Shown: positions 42,785-51,265 of the stretch, in pieces
Layout of the letters: every line of letters begins with the position of its first letter
Numbering within the stretch: position 1 is the first letter of the stretch
Assembly: GCA_963849615.1 (NCBI GenBank)
Contig: CAWKIC010000056.1
Span: 6,074-70,073 of the forward strand
Direction: 5' to 3'
Source: an uncultured Bacteroidales bacterium
Lineage (GTDB): Bacteria; Bacteroidota; Bacteroidia; Bacteroidales; VadinHA17
Length of the DNA stretch: 64,000 bases
The notes under the pieces: generated by a model
Told to the model about the DNA's origin: nothing
Databases searched by the model: none
Seen by the model: the letters and a program-made list of their open reading frames with translations, nothing else
Program-made: the position numbers and the translations under genes

Positions 42785-42960
42785 GATTGCGGATTGCGGA
42801 TTTTGATTTTGAACATAAATATTTTTTACCACAAAGGTTCTCAAAGGTATTCACAAAAGGTCACAAAGGTTTTCACAAAGGTTCACAAAGGTTTCCACAA
42901 AGGTTCACCAAGGTATTCACAAAGGTTTTCACGAAGTAACACAAAGTAAAACATAGAAAT
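42785..42960. repeat. CACAAAGG-word array (11 direct units) forming the left flank of the GxxExxY gene
   Basis: GATTGCG x2 and GATTTT x2 lie at 42785-42812. Between 42828 and 42946 there are 11 units of [CT]CAC[AC]AAGG spaced 9-13 nt apart (mean about 11). Confidence 0.85.
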
Positions 42961-43332
42961 ATGAATATTGAAAAGATTTTTAAAACACTATTGGATTGCT
43001 CTTTTAGAGTCCACTCTGCGCTAGGTCCAGGATTGCTTGAGAGTGTATATGTTGAATGTTTGTTTTATGAACTTTTAAAGGCAGACCTAAAAGTTGAAAA
43101 ACAGAAACCCCTGCCGCTAGTTTATAGGGAAGTAAAGCTTGAAGCAGGCTATAGGATCGACTTGTTGGTGGAGAGTAGTGTAGTTGTGGAGATTAAGTCA
43201 ATTGAAGCCTTAGCGGATATTCACCTGGCTCAAATACTAACTTATCTGAAATTGTCGGGGTGCAAGTTAGGTCTATTGGCAAATTTTAATGTTGAACATC
43301 TGAAGGATGGTATCCGAAGAGTCGTCTTGTGA
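42961..43332 (+). CDS. GxxExxY protein (PD-(D/E)XK nuclease-like superfamily)
   Basis: 123 aa. It carries the signature GLLESVY, then ...YRIDLLVESSVVVEIKS..., which is D/E-x-K-like core spacing. The size and C-terminal ...GIRRVVL are typical of the family. Confidence 0.85.
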   Translation: MNIEKIFKTLLDCSFRVHSALGPGLLESVYVECLFYELLKADLKVEKQKPLPLVYREVKLEAGYRIDLLVESSVVVEIKSIEALADIHLAQILTYLKLSGCKLGLLANFNVEHLKDGIRRVVL

Positions 43333-43495
43333 TCCTTAGTGTACCTTTGTGAAGTCCTTTGTGGCCCTTAGTGGTAAAAAGAGTAAGCATCCGGGGAAAT
43401 AATTACTAAGTATTTAACCACAAAGGACACAATGGATTCTCTTTGGATCACAAAGTAATTATGGTGTCCGAAGAGTCGTCCTTTACCCTGCGAGG
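43333..43495. repeat. CACAAAGG-word hairpin on the right flank of the GxxExxY gene, followed by a duplicate of the gene's 3' end
   Basis: A hairpin runs from about 43327 to 43457 (CTTGTGATCC...GGATCACAAAG). ATGGTGTCCGAAGAGTCGTC at 43461-43480 repeats 43307-43326 with 19/20 identity. Confidence 0.8.
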
Positions 43496-43503
43496 TAATA
43501 AGA

Positions 43504-44313
43504 CTATAAAGAAGCTATTAATTCTGTCATAATGGTTGTCATGTGTGCTTCAGCTTTTTGAGCTTCCATCTGAACCGATTCGTGTGTAGTATACTCAATT
43601 TTTCCTTCAACGCCAAGGTCAGTAATGATGCTTACGGCAAAGCACTTAAGTCCCATGTGGCGGGCAACGATTACCTCCGGTACTGTCGACATTCCGACTG
43701 AATCAGCACCTATAGTACGGAAATATTTATATTCGGCCGGAGTCTCGAATGTCGGACCGGTTGTACCAAGATAAATGCCTTTATGGACTCTTATCCCGTT
43801 TTCCTCAGCGATTTTCAATGCCTTGTTTATAAGCGTTTTATCATATGATGCGCTCATGTCAGGAAAACGCGGCCCGATCCGGTCGTCATTTAGTCCAATA
43901 AGAGGATTTGGCATCAGGTTTATATGATCGGTGATTATCATTATATCGCCTATTCGGAATTCGGGATTTACTCCCCCTGCAGCATTTGAAAGAAACAGGT
44001 TACGTATCCCAAGGTATTTCATGACACGGATTGGCAGGGCAACCTGCTCCGGACCATACCCTTCATAGTAGTGGAACCGGCCTTTCATTGCAACAATCCT
44101 CTTTCCACCAAAATCACCAAGGATAAGCTTTCCGGCATGACCTTCAACTGTTGACACCGGAAAGTTGGGAATATCCCCGTAATCGATAACAAGGGGATTT
44201 TCGATCTTTGCTGTCAGCCCTCCCAACCCGGTGCCGAGAATTATACCTGCTTCAGGATCAACGATCCCTCTGGACTTTAGAAATTCAGCTGTTTCCTTTA
44301 TTCTTTCCAACAT
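43504..44313 (-). CDS. purine nucleoside phosphorylase (PNP/MTAP family 2)
   Basis: MLERIKETAEFLK...GLGG...EGHAGKLILG...MKGRFHYYEGY...NAAGG...GPTFETPAE...GADSVGMSTVPE. I use the ATG at 44311-44313. Confidence 0.9.
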   Translation of the reverse strand: MLERIKETAEFLKSRGIVDPEAGIILGTGLGGLTAKIENPLVIDYGDIPNFPVSTVEGHAGKLILGDFGGKRIVAMKGRFHYYEGYGPEQVALPIRVMKYLGIRNLFLSNAAGGVNPEFRIGDIMIITDHINLMPNPLIGLNDDRIGPRFPDMSASYDKTLINKALKIAEENGIRVHKGIYLGTTGPTFETPAEYKYFRTIGADSVGMSTVPEVIVARHMGLKCFAVSIITDLGVEGKIEYTTHESVQMEAQKAEAHMTTIMTELIASL

Positions 44314-45370
44314 AATCAAATATAAGATTATCAAATGAGTATTTGCCATTGTTTAAAAAATTGACAGATACCGGGATGTAGTAGATTGACCCTTTCAGAG
44401 AGTTCGTAATGTTAGCAAATTCCCTTAACCTGACAGCATCCTTTTCAGTCGTGATAATATACTTTGAGGATGATTTCAGGTTATTCCAGGAGTCATTGAT
44501 AACCTTAATATCACGCTCATTGAAACAATGATGGTCAGGCAGATCAATATGATCTATTTCGCTGAAATACCTGCTAAGGTATCTGAGAAAGGGCTGAGGG
44601 GATGAAATTCCGGTAATCAGAACTGCACCCCGGGAGTGCCGGTCCTCATCACTCATAATCAGCTTTCGGCTGGAACTGTCCTCAAACAATGGAACAGGAT
44701 CTTTATAAAGTACAGTTGTAAAAAAAAGATTCTGTTCTGAGTATAATCTCAACTCTGTTGAAATATCCTTTATTTCCGTTTCTGCAATATCTTCAGCCGA
44801 TTTTGTTACAATAATGATTCCGGCTCTCATGGAATTTTTAGCACTTTCCCTCAGCCGGCCATAGGGAATCAGGTGATCCCTGGTAATCAGTCTGCCATAG
44901 TCGGTAAGAAGGATTGAAAGGCCGGGTTTTATGCTTCTGTGTTGAAAGCCGTCATCCATTACTATTATTTCAGTCTCAGGATGATCTTTAATTAGTTTTG
45001 AAACGCCATTTACCCTGTCTCCGTCAACTGCAACGAGAATTTCAGGAAACTTCTGAAAGATTTGTAAAGGTTCATCGCCTATATCACTGGCAGTGGAGGA
45101 GGCGGAAGCCAGCCGGAAACCATGCGATTCCCTTTTGTATCCCCTGCTCAGGACAGCAACTCTGTATTTTCTGCGCAGGAGATCAATAAGGTATTCTGTA
45201 TGAGGAGTCTTGCCTGTGCCGCCCATTGTTATATTTCCGACACAAATCACCGGAATATCAAATTCTCTTGAAGAAAGAAAACCGGTATCATAAAGGAAAT
45301 TTCTGATATCCGTAATCAGGCGGTAAAGAAGAGAAAATGGGTATAAAATGAAATATTTTCTGTAACCCAT
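44285..45370 (-). CDS. lpxK: tetraacyldisaccharide 4'-kinase
   Basis: It has the P-loop context VICVGNITMGGTGKTPHTEYL, plus VLSRGYKR and DDGFQH. Confidence 0.88.
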   Translation of the reverse strand: MGYRKYFILYPFSLLYRLITDIRNFLYDTGFLSSREFDIPVICVGNITMGGTGKTPHTEYLIDLLRRKYRVAVLSRGYKRESHGFRLASASSTASDIGDEPLQIFQKFPEILVAVDGDRVNGVSKLIKDHPETEIIVMDDGFQHRSIKPGLSILLTDYGRLITRDHLIPYGRLRESAKNSMRAGIIIVTKSAEDIAETEIKDISTELRLYSEQNLFFTTVLYKDPVPLFEDSSSRKLIMSDEDRHSRGAVLITGISSPQPFLRYLSRYFSEIDHIDLPDHHCFNERDIKVINDSWNNLKSSSKYIITTEKDAVRLREFANITNSLKGSIYYIPVSVNFLNNGKYSFDNLIFDYVGKNKGNS

Positions 45371-45373
45371 ATA

Positions 45374-47143
45374 TTAATGGACCTCAATAAAATATGGTAA
45401 TCGTGCCTGTATTCCGGAGAGATTTTTTAAGTCCTGAAGCTCATTATAGAATTTAATATTTTCACCGAGCTCATTTCTCAGGATCTTCATTTTAATGTCA
45501 CCTGTCAGCTGGTTCAGGAGTTTTGTGTATGGATCTTCGATGGAGGGCAATTCCCTGATTGAATATGTATCTAATCCCGCAAGGCTTGCTGCGGTGTCGA
45601 TCGAAGCCTGTAAGCCGCCCATCCCGTCAACAAGACCGATCTCCAGGGCGCTTGTTCCGCTCCAGACCCGTCCCTGACCGATACTATCCACAGCGGTTGT
45701 CCTCATATGCCTGCCTTCCGATACTTTACTTACAAAATCGGAGTAGATATGCTCAATACTTTTCTGCATAACCTCTTTTTCATATATATCCATCGGCCTG
45801 TAAATCGACGGGAAATCGGAGTTCTTATTTGTGCTGACAGTTTCAGTTGAAATTCCAAGCTTCTGATTCATCAGCTTGCCGGCGTTGGGCAGCAATCCGA
45901 AAACACCGATTGACCCTGTAATTGTAGTAGGGTTTGCCAGAATTCTTGTTCCAGGGGCTGAAATAAAATATCCCCCGGATGCGGCATAGTTACCCATTGA
46001 GATAACGACGGGCTTAGCTTTTGCTGCCTGCTCCAGTTCTCTCCAGATAATGTCGGAGGCGATAGCATTCCCCCCGGGGGAGTTAACCCTTAGAACTATT
46101 GCCTTTATGGTGGAATCCTTGCGCACCGTCCTGATTACATCCGCATATGCGTTTCCCCCGATATTGTTTTCATTACCCTTGCCCATTACAATTGTTCCTT
46201 CGGCGTAAACCACTGCTATCTTATTCTTTGCCGACACCATCTTTTTGGGGTTGGGAACTTTGGTATAACGTGTCATCGACACCAGATTGATCTTATCGTC
46301 AGTAGTAAGACCTGATCGGATCTTAAGTGTGTCAATAAGTGCATCACGGTAAATGATGCCATCGACAAGCTTATTTTCAAGGGCCTCCGAAGCAAGGTAG
46401 CCTGTAAGGCTGTCAGCAAGTTCATTAAGCCTTCCGGGAGTAATGCCTCTCGATTCTGAGATATTTTCAATTACATGTGACCAGATTGATCCGATATAAC
46501 TTTCTATCTGTTCTTTATTTTCCTTGCTGAGACCGTCAAGGATAAAAGGCTCAACTGCACCTTTAAACTTACCGTGGCGGGTTACCTGCACCTCGACCCC
46601 CAATTTTTCGAGGGCTTTTTTATAAAACATGACCTCACCGCTTAATCCTTTAAAATCCAATGTTGAAGAGGGATTAATAAATATCTTATCGGCGGCGGTT
46701 GACAGGTAGTATCCCTGCTGTGACATTACATAGTCAGAAAAAGCAATGACAAATTTACCGCTGGCCCTGAATTTTTCGAGCGCCTCCCTGATTTCTTCCG
46801 TAGTGGCCCATCCTGAAGGGAGAAGCCCGTTTTCGATAAGTATTCCGTTTATTTTATCGTCGGCTGAAGCTTTTCTTAAGTTTTCAAGGATTTCATTTAA
46901 TCCGGGCATCGGGGTAACAGTCATATCTATAATATTGAAGCTGGCGAAGGGATTCCTGCTGCCTCTGTCGGGAATGGGATTACCTGCCTTGAGCACAAGT
47001 ATCGAATTATCTGAAACGGAAGCAGGTTTTTCACCGGAAGCGACAATAGCACTCAGGCTGGCCATCAATATCACGAAGAATAGTATTGTGGCAAGTATTA
47101 TACCTGTAATAGTTGCCAGAGTATAAACAAGAAAGTTTTTCAT
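45374..47143 (-). CDS. sppA: signal peptide peptidase SppA, 67K type
   Basis: 589 aa with an N-terminal TM and two ClpP/crotonase-like halves (VLRVNSPGG...ASGGY). Confidence 0.88.
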   Translation of the reverse strand: MKNFLVYTLATITGIILATILFFVILMASLSAIVASGEKPASVSDNSILVLKAGNPIPDRGSRNPFASFNIIDMTVTPMPGLNEILENLRKASADDKINGILIENGLLPSGWATTEEIREALEKFRASGKFVIAFSDYVMSQQGYYLSTAADKIFINPSSTLDFKGLSGEVMFYKKALEKLGVEVQVTRHGKFKGAVEPFILDGLSKENKEQIESYIGSIWSHVIENISESRGITPGRLNELADSLTGYLASEALENKLVDGIIYRDALIDTLKIRSGLTTDDKINLVSMTRYTKVPNPKKMVSAKNKIAVVYAEGTIVMGKGNENNIGGNAYADVIRTVRKDSTIKAIVLRVNSPGGNAIASDIIWRELEQAAKAKPVVISMGNYAASGGYFISAPGTRILANPTTITGSIGVFGLLPNAGKLMNQKLGISTETVSTNKNSDFPSIYRPMDIYEKEVMQKSIEHIYSDFVSKVSEGRHMRTTAVDSIGQGRVWSGTSALEIGLVDGMGGLQASIDTAASLAGLDTYSIRELPSIEDPYTKLLNQLTGDIKMKILRNELGENIKFYNELQDLKNLSGIQARLPYFIEVH

Positions 47144-47245
47144 TTGTTAAGATGCTTTAATAAAATGAGTTACAAATATATAAAAAACTAATTTATAAGG
47201 AGGTCAGAATTACAGGATTTAATAATTTTAAACAAAATCTATTTA

Positions 47246-47734
47246 ATGGGAAAAGTCGTATTCCTCGGATTGGGCACCAACCTTGGCGACAGGGAGACCA
47301 TTTTAAATGAGGCAATAGAGCACCTGATCGAATCGGCAGGGGATGTAATTTCATTATCAGCGATTTACGAAACAGAGCCCTGGGGTTTCCGGTCAGAAAA
47401 CAAGTTCCTCAATATGGTAGTAGGGCTCAGGACCAGACTCAATCCGGATGCGCTTCTGAAAAGAGTGATGAATATCGAAGCTAAACTCGGAAGGATAAGA
47501 ACCGGGGAGGGGTATTCCTCCAGAACAATAGATATTGACATACTGCTTTATGATGATCTGGTTATCAATAAGCCTGATCTTAAAGTACCCCATCCGCTGA
47601 TGAGGGAAAGGAGATTCGTGTTGGTACCCTTATGTGATGTAGCATCCGATATTGTTCATCCGGTATTTAAGAAGACAATTGCTTCCCTGCTAAAGGAATG
47701 CAAGGATGATATACAGGTAAAGTTGTTTAAATGA
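47246..47734 (+). CDS. folK: 2-amino-4-hydroxy-6-hydroxymethyldihydropteridine diphosphokinase
   Basis: LGLGTNLGDR...SAIYETEPWG...RTIDIDILLY...PHPLMRERRFVLVPL is the HPPK signature. Confidence 0.9.
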   Translation: MGKVVFLGLGTNLGDRETILNEAIEHLIESAGDVISLSAIYETEPWGFRSENKFLNMVVGLRTRLNPDALLKRVMNIEAKLGRIRTGEGYSSRTIDIDILLYDDLVINKPDLKVPHPLMRERRFVLVPLCDVASDIVHPVFKKTIASLLKECKDDIQVKLFK

Positions 47735-47957
47735 ACAAAGGAAATGTAACCATCCTCATTCCGGTCTTAATAATTTTGCCTGATATCGAACTTTATCCTC
47801 TGCACTGTGTTTATTGCCTGATAAGACAAAACATCCGGCATTGGTTTTCCTTTTAATCTGACCCTTAAGTTAATACGGAAACCTTATTTATGGTTTTTTT
47901 AAGTGGAGCCGATGGTTTTGTCAAGTCAATATTGATTTGCATCAAACCCCTGGCACC

Positions 47958-48947
47958 ATGAAAAGCACATTGCTGATACTAAGTTTAACGGTTATAACCG
48001 GATTGATGGGATGCAGCAAGATAACAGATAATGAGCTGATTATGCCATATATACCTGATGTGCCTTCAGTCGTCACATTTGCACCGGAAAGAGTATCAAC
48101 GCGCGCCGCCGAACTTGGTGGACGCATCCTTTCGGGTGGTGGCGGCACTATTACCGAAAGCGGCATAAAGATATATGCTACAGGGACCCCTGCAATTCCA
48201 GGCCAGTCACCATCTGCCAGATTCAATGAGATCAGGATTTCCCAGCTTACGACTGAAGGAGTTTTCAGTGTTAATGTCCGGAATTTAATGTCGAATACGA
48301 CCTACAATTACAGGGCATTTGCAACAAATGAAGCCGGCACTGCTTATGGCGAAATGAAAGTATTGGTGACATCATACGGCACAATAACTGATAATGAAGG
48401 CAATCAGTACCAGACAATAAAGATCAACAATCAGGTATGGATGCGAGAGAACCTGAGGTCAGGAAAATACACCGACGGCACCACCATTAAAGGAAACTGC
48501 AATTCACCAGACGAATTTGCTTTCGGAAAATATTATTCCTGGCAGTCTGTGCAGGGAATAAGTCCGGAGTTCACGGTGAATAAGAATATCTGTCCGGATG
48601 GATGGCATGTTCCAGACGATGAGGAATGGAAAGAGCTCCTGAAATCCGCCGGTGTACCTGTTGATCAGCTTGGCAAGACCGGGCCGATAGGAACTGATCA
48701 GGCAATCAGGCTTAAGGATTCAGGGTCAGATTACTGGGAAAGTGAACTTATCACCAACAGTACCGGATTCTCAGCCTTGCCAGCCGGCGTTTGCAGGGGC
48801 ACAGAGGAGACTCCTTTAATCCAGGCTGGTTTCTGGACGTCAACACCATACATCTATTATGGGTTTCAGTCAGGATCTGATAAGATATTCAGGGAAATTG
48901 AACCTATAACTGATTCCGGTTTTTCGGTACGGTGCATTCAAAACTGA
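47958..48947 (+). CDS. FISUMP (Fibrobacter succinogenes major paralogous) domain lipoprotein
   Basis: It has a lipobox (LMGCSK) at the ATG-47958 start. The C-terminal part reads GTITDNEGNQYQTIKINNQVWMRENL...YYSW...CPDGWHVPDDEEWKEL...GFSALPAG, the FISUMP domain pattern. Confidence 0.75.
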   Translation: MKSTLLILSLTVITGLMGCSKITDNELIMPYIPDVPSVVTFAPERVSTRAAELGGRILSGGGGTITESGIKIYATGTPAIPGQSPSARFNEIRISQLTTEGVFSVNVRNLMSNTTYNYRAFATNEAGTAYGEMKVLVTSYGTITDNEGNQYQTIKINNQVWMRENLRSGKYTDGTTIKGNCNSPDEFAFGKYYSWQSVQGISPEFTVNKNICPDGWHVPDDEEWKELLKSAGVPVDQLGKTGPIGTDQAIRLKDSGSDYWESELITNSTGFSALPAGVCRGTEETPLIQAGFWTSTPYIYYGFQSGSDKIFREIEPITDSGFSVRCIQN

Positions 48948-48982
48948 AATTCTAACCCGATATGATGGGTTTTTGAAAAGAT

Positions 48983-49666
48983 TCATAGTAACCCATTATC
49001 TGCAAAACTATAATAATCTTTTTCAGAAATAATCAGATGGTCAAGTAGTTGTATATCCATAAGATTGCCGGCCTCCTTTATTTTCCTTGTGATTTTAGTG
49101 TCAGATTCACTCGGATTCAGATTACCTGACGGATGATTATGACAAACAATGATTCCCGAGGCAAGATATTCAATTGCTTTTTTCATCACGATCCTTATAT
49201 CCGTCACGGTTCCGCTTACGCCTCCCTGGCTCAGTTTCATTTTGTCGATAACCCTGTTAGCCCTGTTAAGGAAGAGTATCCAGAACTCCTCATGGATCAG
49301 GTCGGACAGTAAAGGCTGAAAAATATCGGCGACATCTTTGGAACATTTTATCTGAAGGGAATTAGGCACTTCGGCAAGTTTTCTCCTTCGACCCAGCTCG
49401 AGGGCTGCAGAAATGGTAACCGCTTTTGCAGGGCCGATCCCATGGATCTTCCTCAGGTCGGAGACAGTCAGCTTTCCAAGGGAGTTAAGGTTGTTGTTTA
49501 CAACACCCAGCAGCTCCCTCCCCAGGTCAACTGCTGATTTTTTCCTTGTCCCTGAACTAATGAGAATTGCCAGTAATTCTGCATCGCTCAGGCTGGAAAT
49601 ACCTTTCCTGATAAGTTTTTCCCTGGGTCTGTCCTCGACAGCCCAGTCAGTAATTTTAAGAGACAT
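48983..49666 (-). CDS. radC: RadC-family JAB-domain protein
   Basis: It has an HhH region (LSDAELLAILISSGT...IHGIGPAKA) and the JAMM motif (HNHPSGNLNPSESD). Confidence 0.88.
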   Translation of the reverse strand: MSLKITDWAVEDRPREKLIRKGISSLSDAELLAILISSGTRKKSAVDLGRELLGVVNNNLNSLGKLTVSDLRKIHGIGPAKAVTISAALELGRRRKLAEVPNSLQIKCSKDVADIFQPLLSDLIHEEFWILFLNRANRVIDKMKLSQGGVSGTVTDIRIVMKKAIEYLASGIIVCHNHPSGNLNPSESDTKITRKIKEAGNLMDIQLLDHLIISEKDYYSFADNGLL

Positions 49667-49840
49667 GCAGCGATAGAAATGATGACTCTATAAAATTAAG
49701 AAATAAAAATTGAAAGAGGGAATGATCGGTGATTTTTATTTAGATTCCTTTAGAATTTTTTTTGGGGGGTATTATCCTTTAGGTGGCTTCTTTATAACCA
49801 GTTCCATTTCAAATATCCTAATTTATATAAACTTACGAGG

Positions 49841-49946
49841 CCACAGAGGTAGCACAGAGGTCCACAGGGACCGTTCAAGATTGGTCGATCAGAAAAACTT
49901 TTGACCCGCAGATCACGCAGATTTACGCAGATCACTATGGCAGATA
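49841..49946. repeat. word-array repeat, CACAGAGG units followed by CGCAGAT units
   Basis: CCACAGAGGTAGCACAGAGGTCCACAGGG lies at 49841-49869. CCCGCAGATCACGCAGATTTACGCAGATCAC lies at 49905-49935. The unit spacing is about 10-11 nt. Confidence 0.7.
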
Positions 49947-50013
49947 TACGGGTATTCGAGAAGCCGAGTGGGAGATCGGAGATGAATTCGTAAGTATTCT
50001 GGCTTATTAGAAC

Positions 50014-50046
50014 AAATAAAAAAGGGGCTGAATAATCAGTCCCCTT
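50014..50046 (-). terminator. intrinsic terminator downstream of rpsT
   Basis: The minus strand reads AAGGGGACTGA-TTAT-TCAGCCCCTT (10 bp with one bulged A) followed by TTTTTTTATTTG, about 20 nt after the rpsT stop. Confidence 0.7.
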
Positions 50047-50067
50047 GATATTATATGATATTTCAGG

Positions 50068-50322
50068 TTAATTCAAGCTATCTACATGCTTAACAAGGGA
50101 AGACTTCAGGTTGGAAGCCTTATTCTTGTGAATGATGTTCTTTTTTGCCAGTTTGTCAAGTATGGCATTCATCTTTGGCAGTAACACTACTGCTTCTTCC
50201 TTTTTGGTTGTACTGCGAATAGACTTAAGTGCATTACGCATAGTTTTTGCATAATACTTGTTGCCCTCATTTCTTGTTTTGATCTGTCTGATCCTTTTTT
50301 TTGACGACTTGTGATTTGCCAT
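50068..50322 (-). CDS. rpsT: 30S ribosomal protein S20
   Basis: MANHKSSKKRIRQ...; 84 aa, canonical S20. Confidence 0.92.
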   Translation of the reverse strand: MANHKSSKKRIRQIKTRNEGNKYYAKTMRNALKSIRSTTKKEEAVVLLPKMNAILDKLAKKNIIHKNKASNLKSSLVKHVDSLN

Positions 50323-50353
50323 GCTTAATTCTATTAATTTATTACAAATTTAG

Positions 50354-50425
50354 TAGTCCATAGGGGAATCGAACCCCTGTTACCAGGATGAAAACCTGAC
50401 GTCCTAACCACTAGACGAATGGACC
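50354..50425 (-). tRNA. tRNA-Glu (anticodon UUC)
   Basis: I folded the cloverleaf by hand. The acceptor is GGTCCAT/ATGGACT (G1:U72 wobble), the D-loop AGTGGTTA, the anticodon loop TTTTCAT and the T-loop TTCGATT. It is 72 nt. Confidence 0.87.
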
Positions 50426-50491
50426 CTATAAAGAACTTTTAAAACGCGGATGCAAAGAAACGATGTTTTTTTTGATCTGCAAAATAAATTA

Positions 50492-50962
50492 TTAAAAAAC
50501 ATATCTGACTGATAAAGCACCGTTTATTCCACCCCAGCCGGATGAGCCGATGAGGTTTATTGACGGCAGGATGTCAAGCGAGAGGTTCAGCGGTATCTCG
50601 TCAAAGGTGTACTCAAGTCCGAGAATTCCGTCAATACCGATCACCGGGCCTGAATAGCTAACATCAAGCCTGGGGTTGTATCCCTCATTCCAGATCCCTA
50701 CATGTGCGCCACCGCCCCAGTACCAGTTCAACCCCGGATATTCCCCGGTCCACTGTTCGAATTCGTAAAGCCCGGTGACCACAAATCCTCTCCACTTACT
50801 TGCAAGAATGCCTTCTATCGCGTTGTTTTCATTCAGAAAATGTTTAACTGTCACCCCGACCGGCAATCCTGCCCTGAGACCAAGGCTTGTTCTGTAGTCC
50901 TGTGCGTTTGAAGTTATCAGCATCGATGTGGCAAGGATAAGCATAATGTAAATTCTTTTCAT
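50492..50962 (-). CDS. hypothetical small outer-membrane beta-barrel-like protein
   Basis: It has a signal peptide (MKRIYIMLILATSMLITSNAQ), Gly/aromatic-rich alternating strands and a C-terminal ...SVRYVF, which ends in an aromatic residue. Confidence 0.5.
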   Translation of the reverse strand: MKRIYIMLILATSMLITSNAQDYRTSLGLRAGLPVGVTVKHFLNENNAIEGILASKWRGFVVTGLYEFEQWTGEYPGLNWYWGGGAHVGIWNEGYNPRLDVSYSGPVIGIDGILGLEYTFDEIPLNLSLDILPSINLIGSSGWGGINGALSVRYVF

Positions 50963-51029
50963 ATCAATCAATTTATATTAGTTTTTAATCAGGTTCCCAG
51001 AAAAACCAGAATCCATTTACCCTGCCTGC

Positions 51030-51163
51030 AGGGGCTGTGGAAAAAGATGGATTTTTGGCTTTTGTTATCCTTTGTGATCCTTTGTGGTTCAATAAATTTA
51101 CTTTTTACCACAAAGTACTCAAAGGTTATCACTAAGGTTCACAAAGTCCTTTTTCAACAGCCC
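51030..51163. repeat. CACAAAGG-word hairpin repeat, complete copy with both termini (empty site for the 20-bp palindrome)
   Basis: The termini are GGGGCTGTGGAAAAAG (51030) and CTTTTTCAACAGCCCC (51163). The arms are CCTTTGTG x2 and CACAAAG / CTCAAAGG / CACTAAGG / CACAAAG. Confidence 0.85.
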
Positions 51164-51265
51164 CATATGCAAAGTCAGAAGAGGTTTAAAATCCCTGCAC
51201 ACAAAGAGAAAGACAAACAATATAACTTTGCATCCTGTGTGCTGCCATACAACGTTTCAAACCTC

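Noticed and set aside
42751-42939. Tracked ORFs that lie inside repeat clusters: 42751..42939, 49710..49904, 51047..51298, 51228..51482, 53557..53763, 55210..55392, 55430..55639, 56145..56510, 60627..60929 and 60934..61128.
   Set aside because: Their translations are periodic or low-complexity read-through of the repeats (for example HKGFHKGSQRFPQRFTKVFTKVF and PPLGGLGV) or of antisense or intergenic DNA. They have no start context and no family resemblance.
42828-42946. Possible CRISPR array, because it is a regular tandem repeat next to a nuclease-like gene.
   Set aside because: The unit period is only 9-13 nt with no unique spacers, the units are degenerate and no cas genes are present. 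It is a word array, not a CRISPR array.
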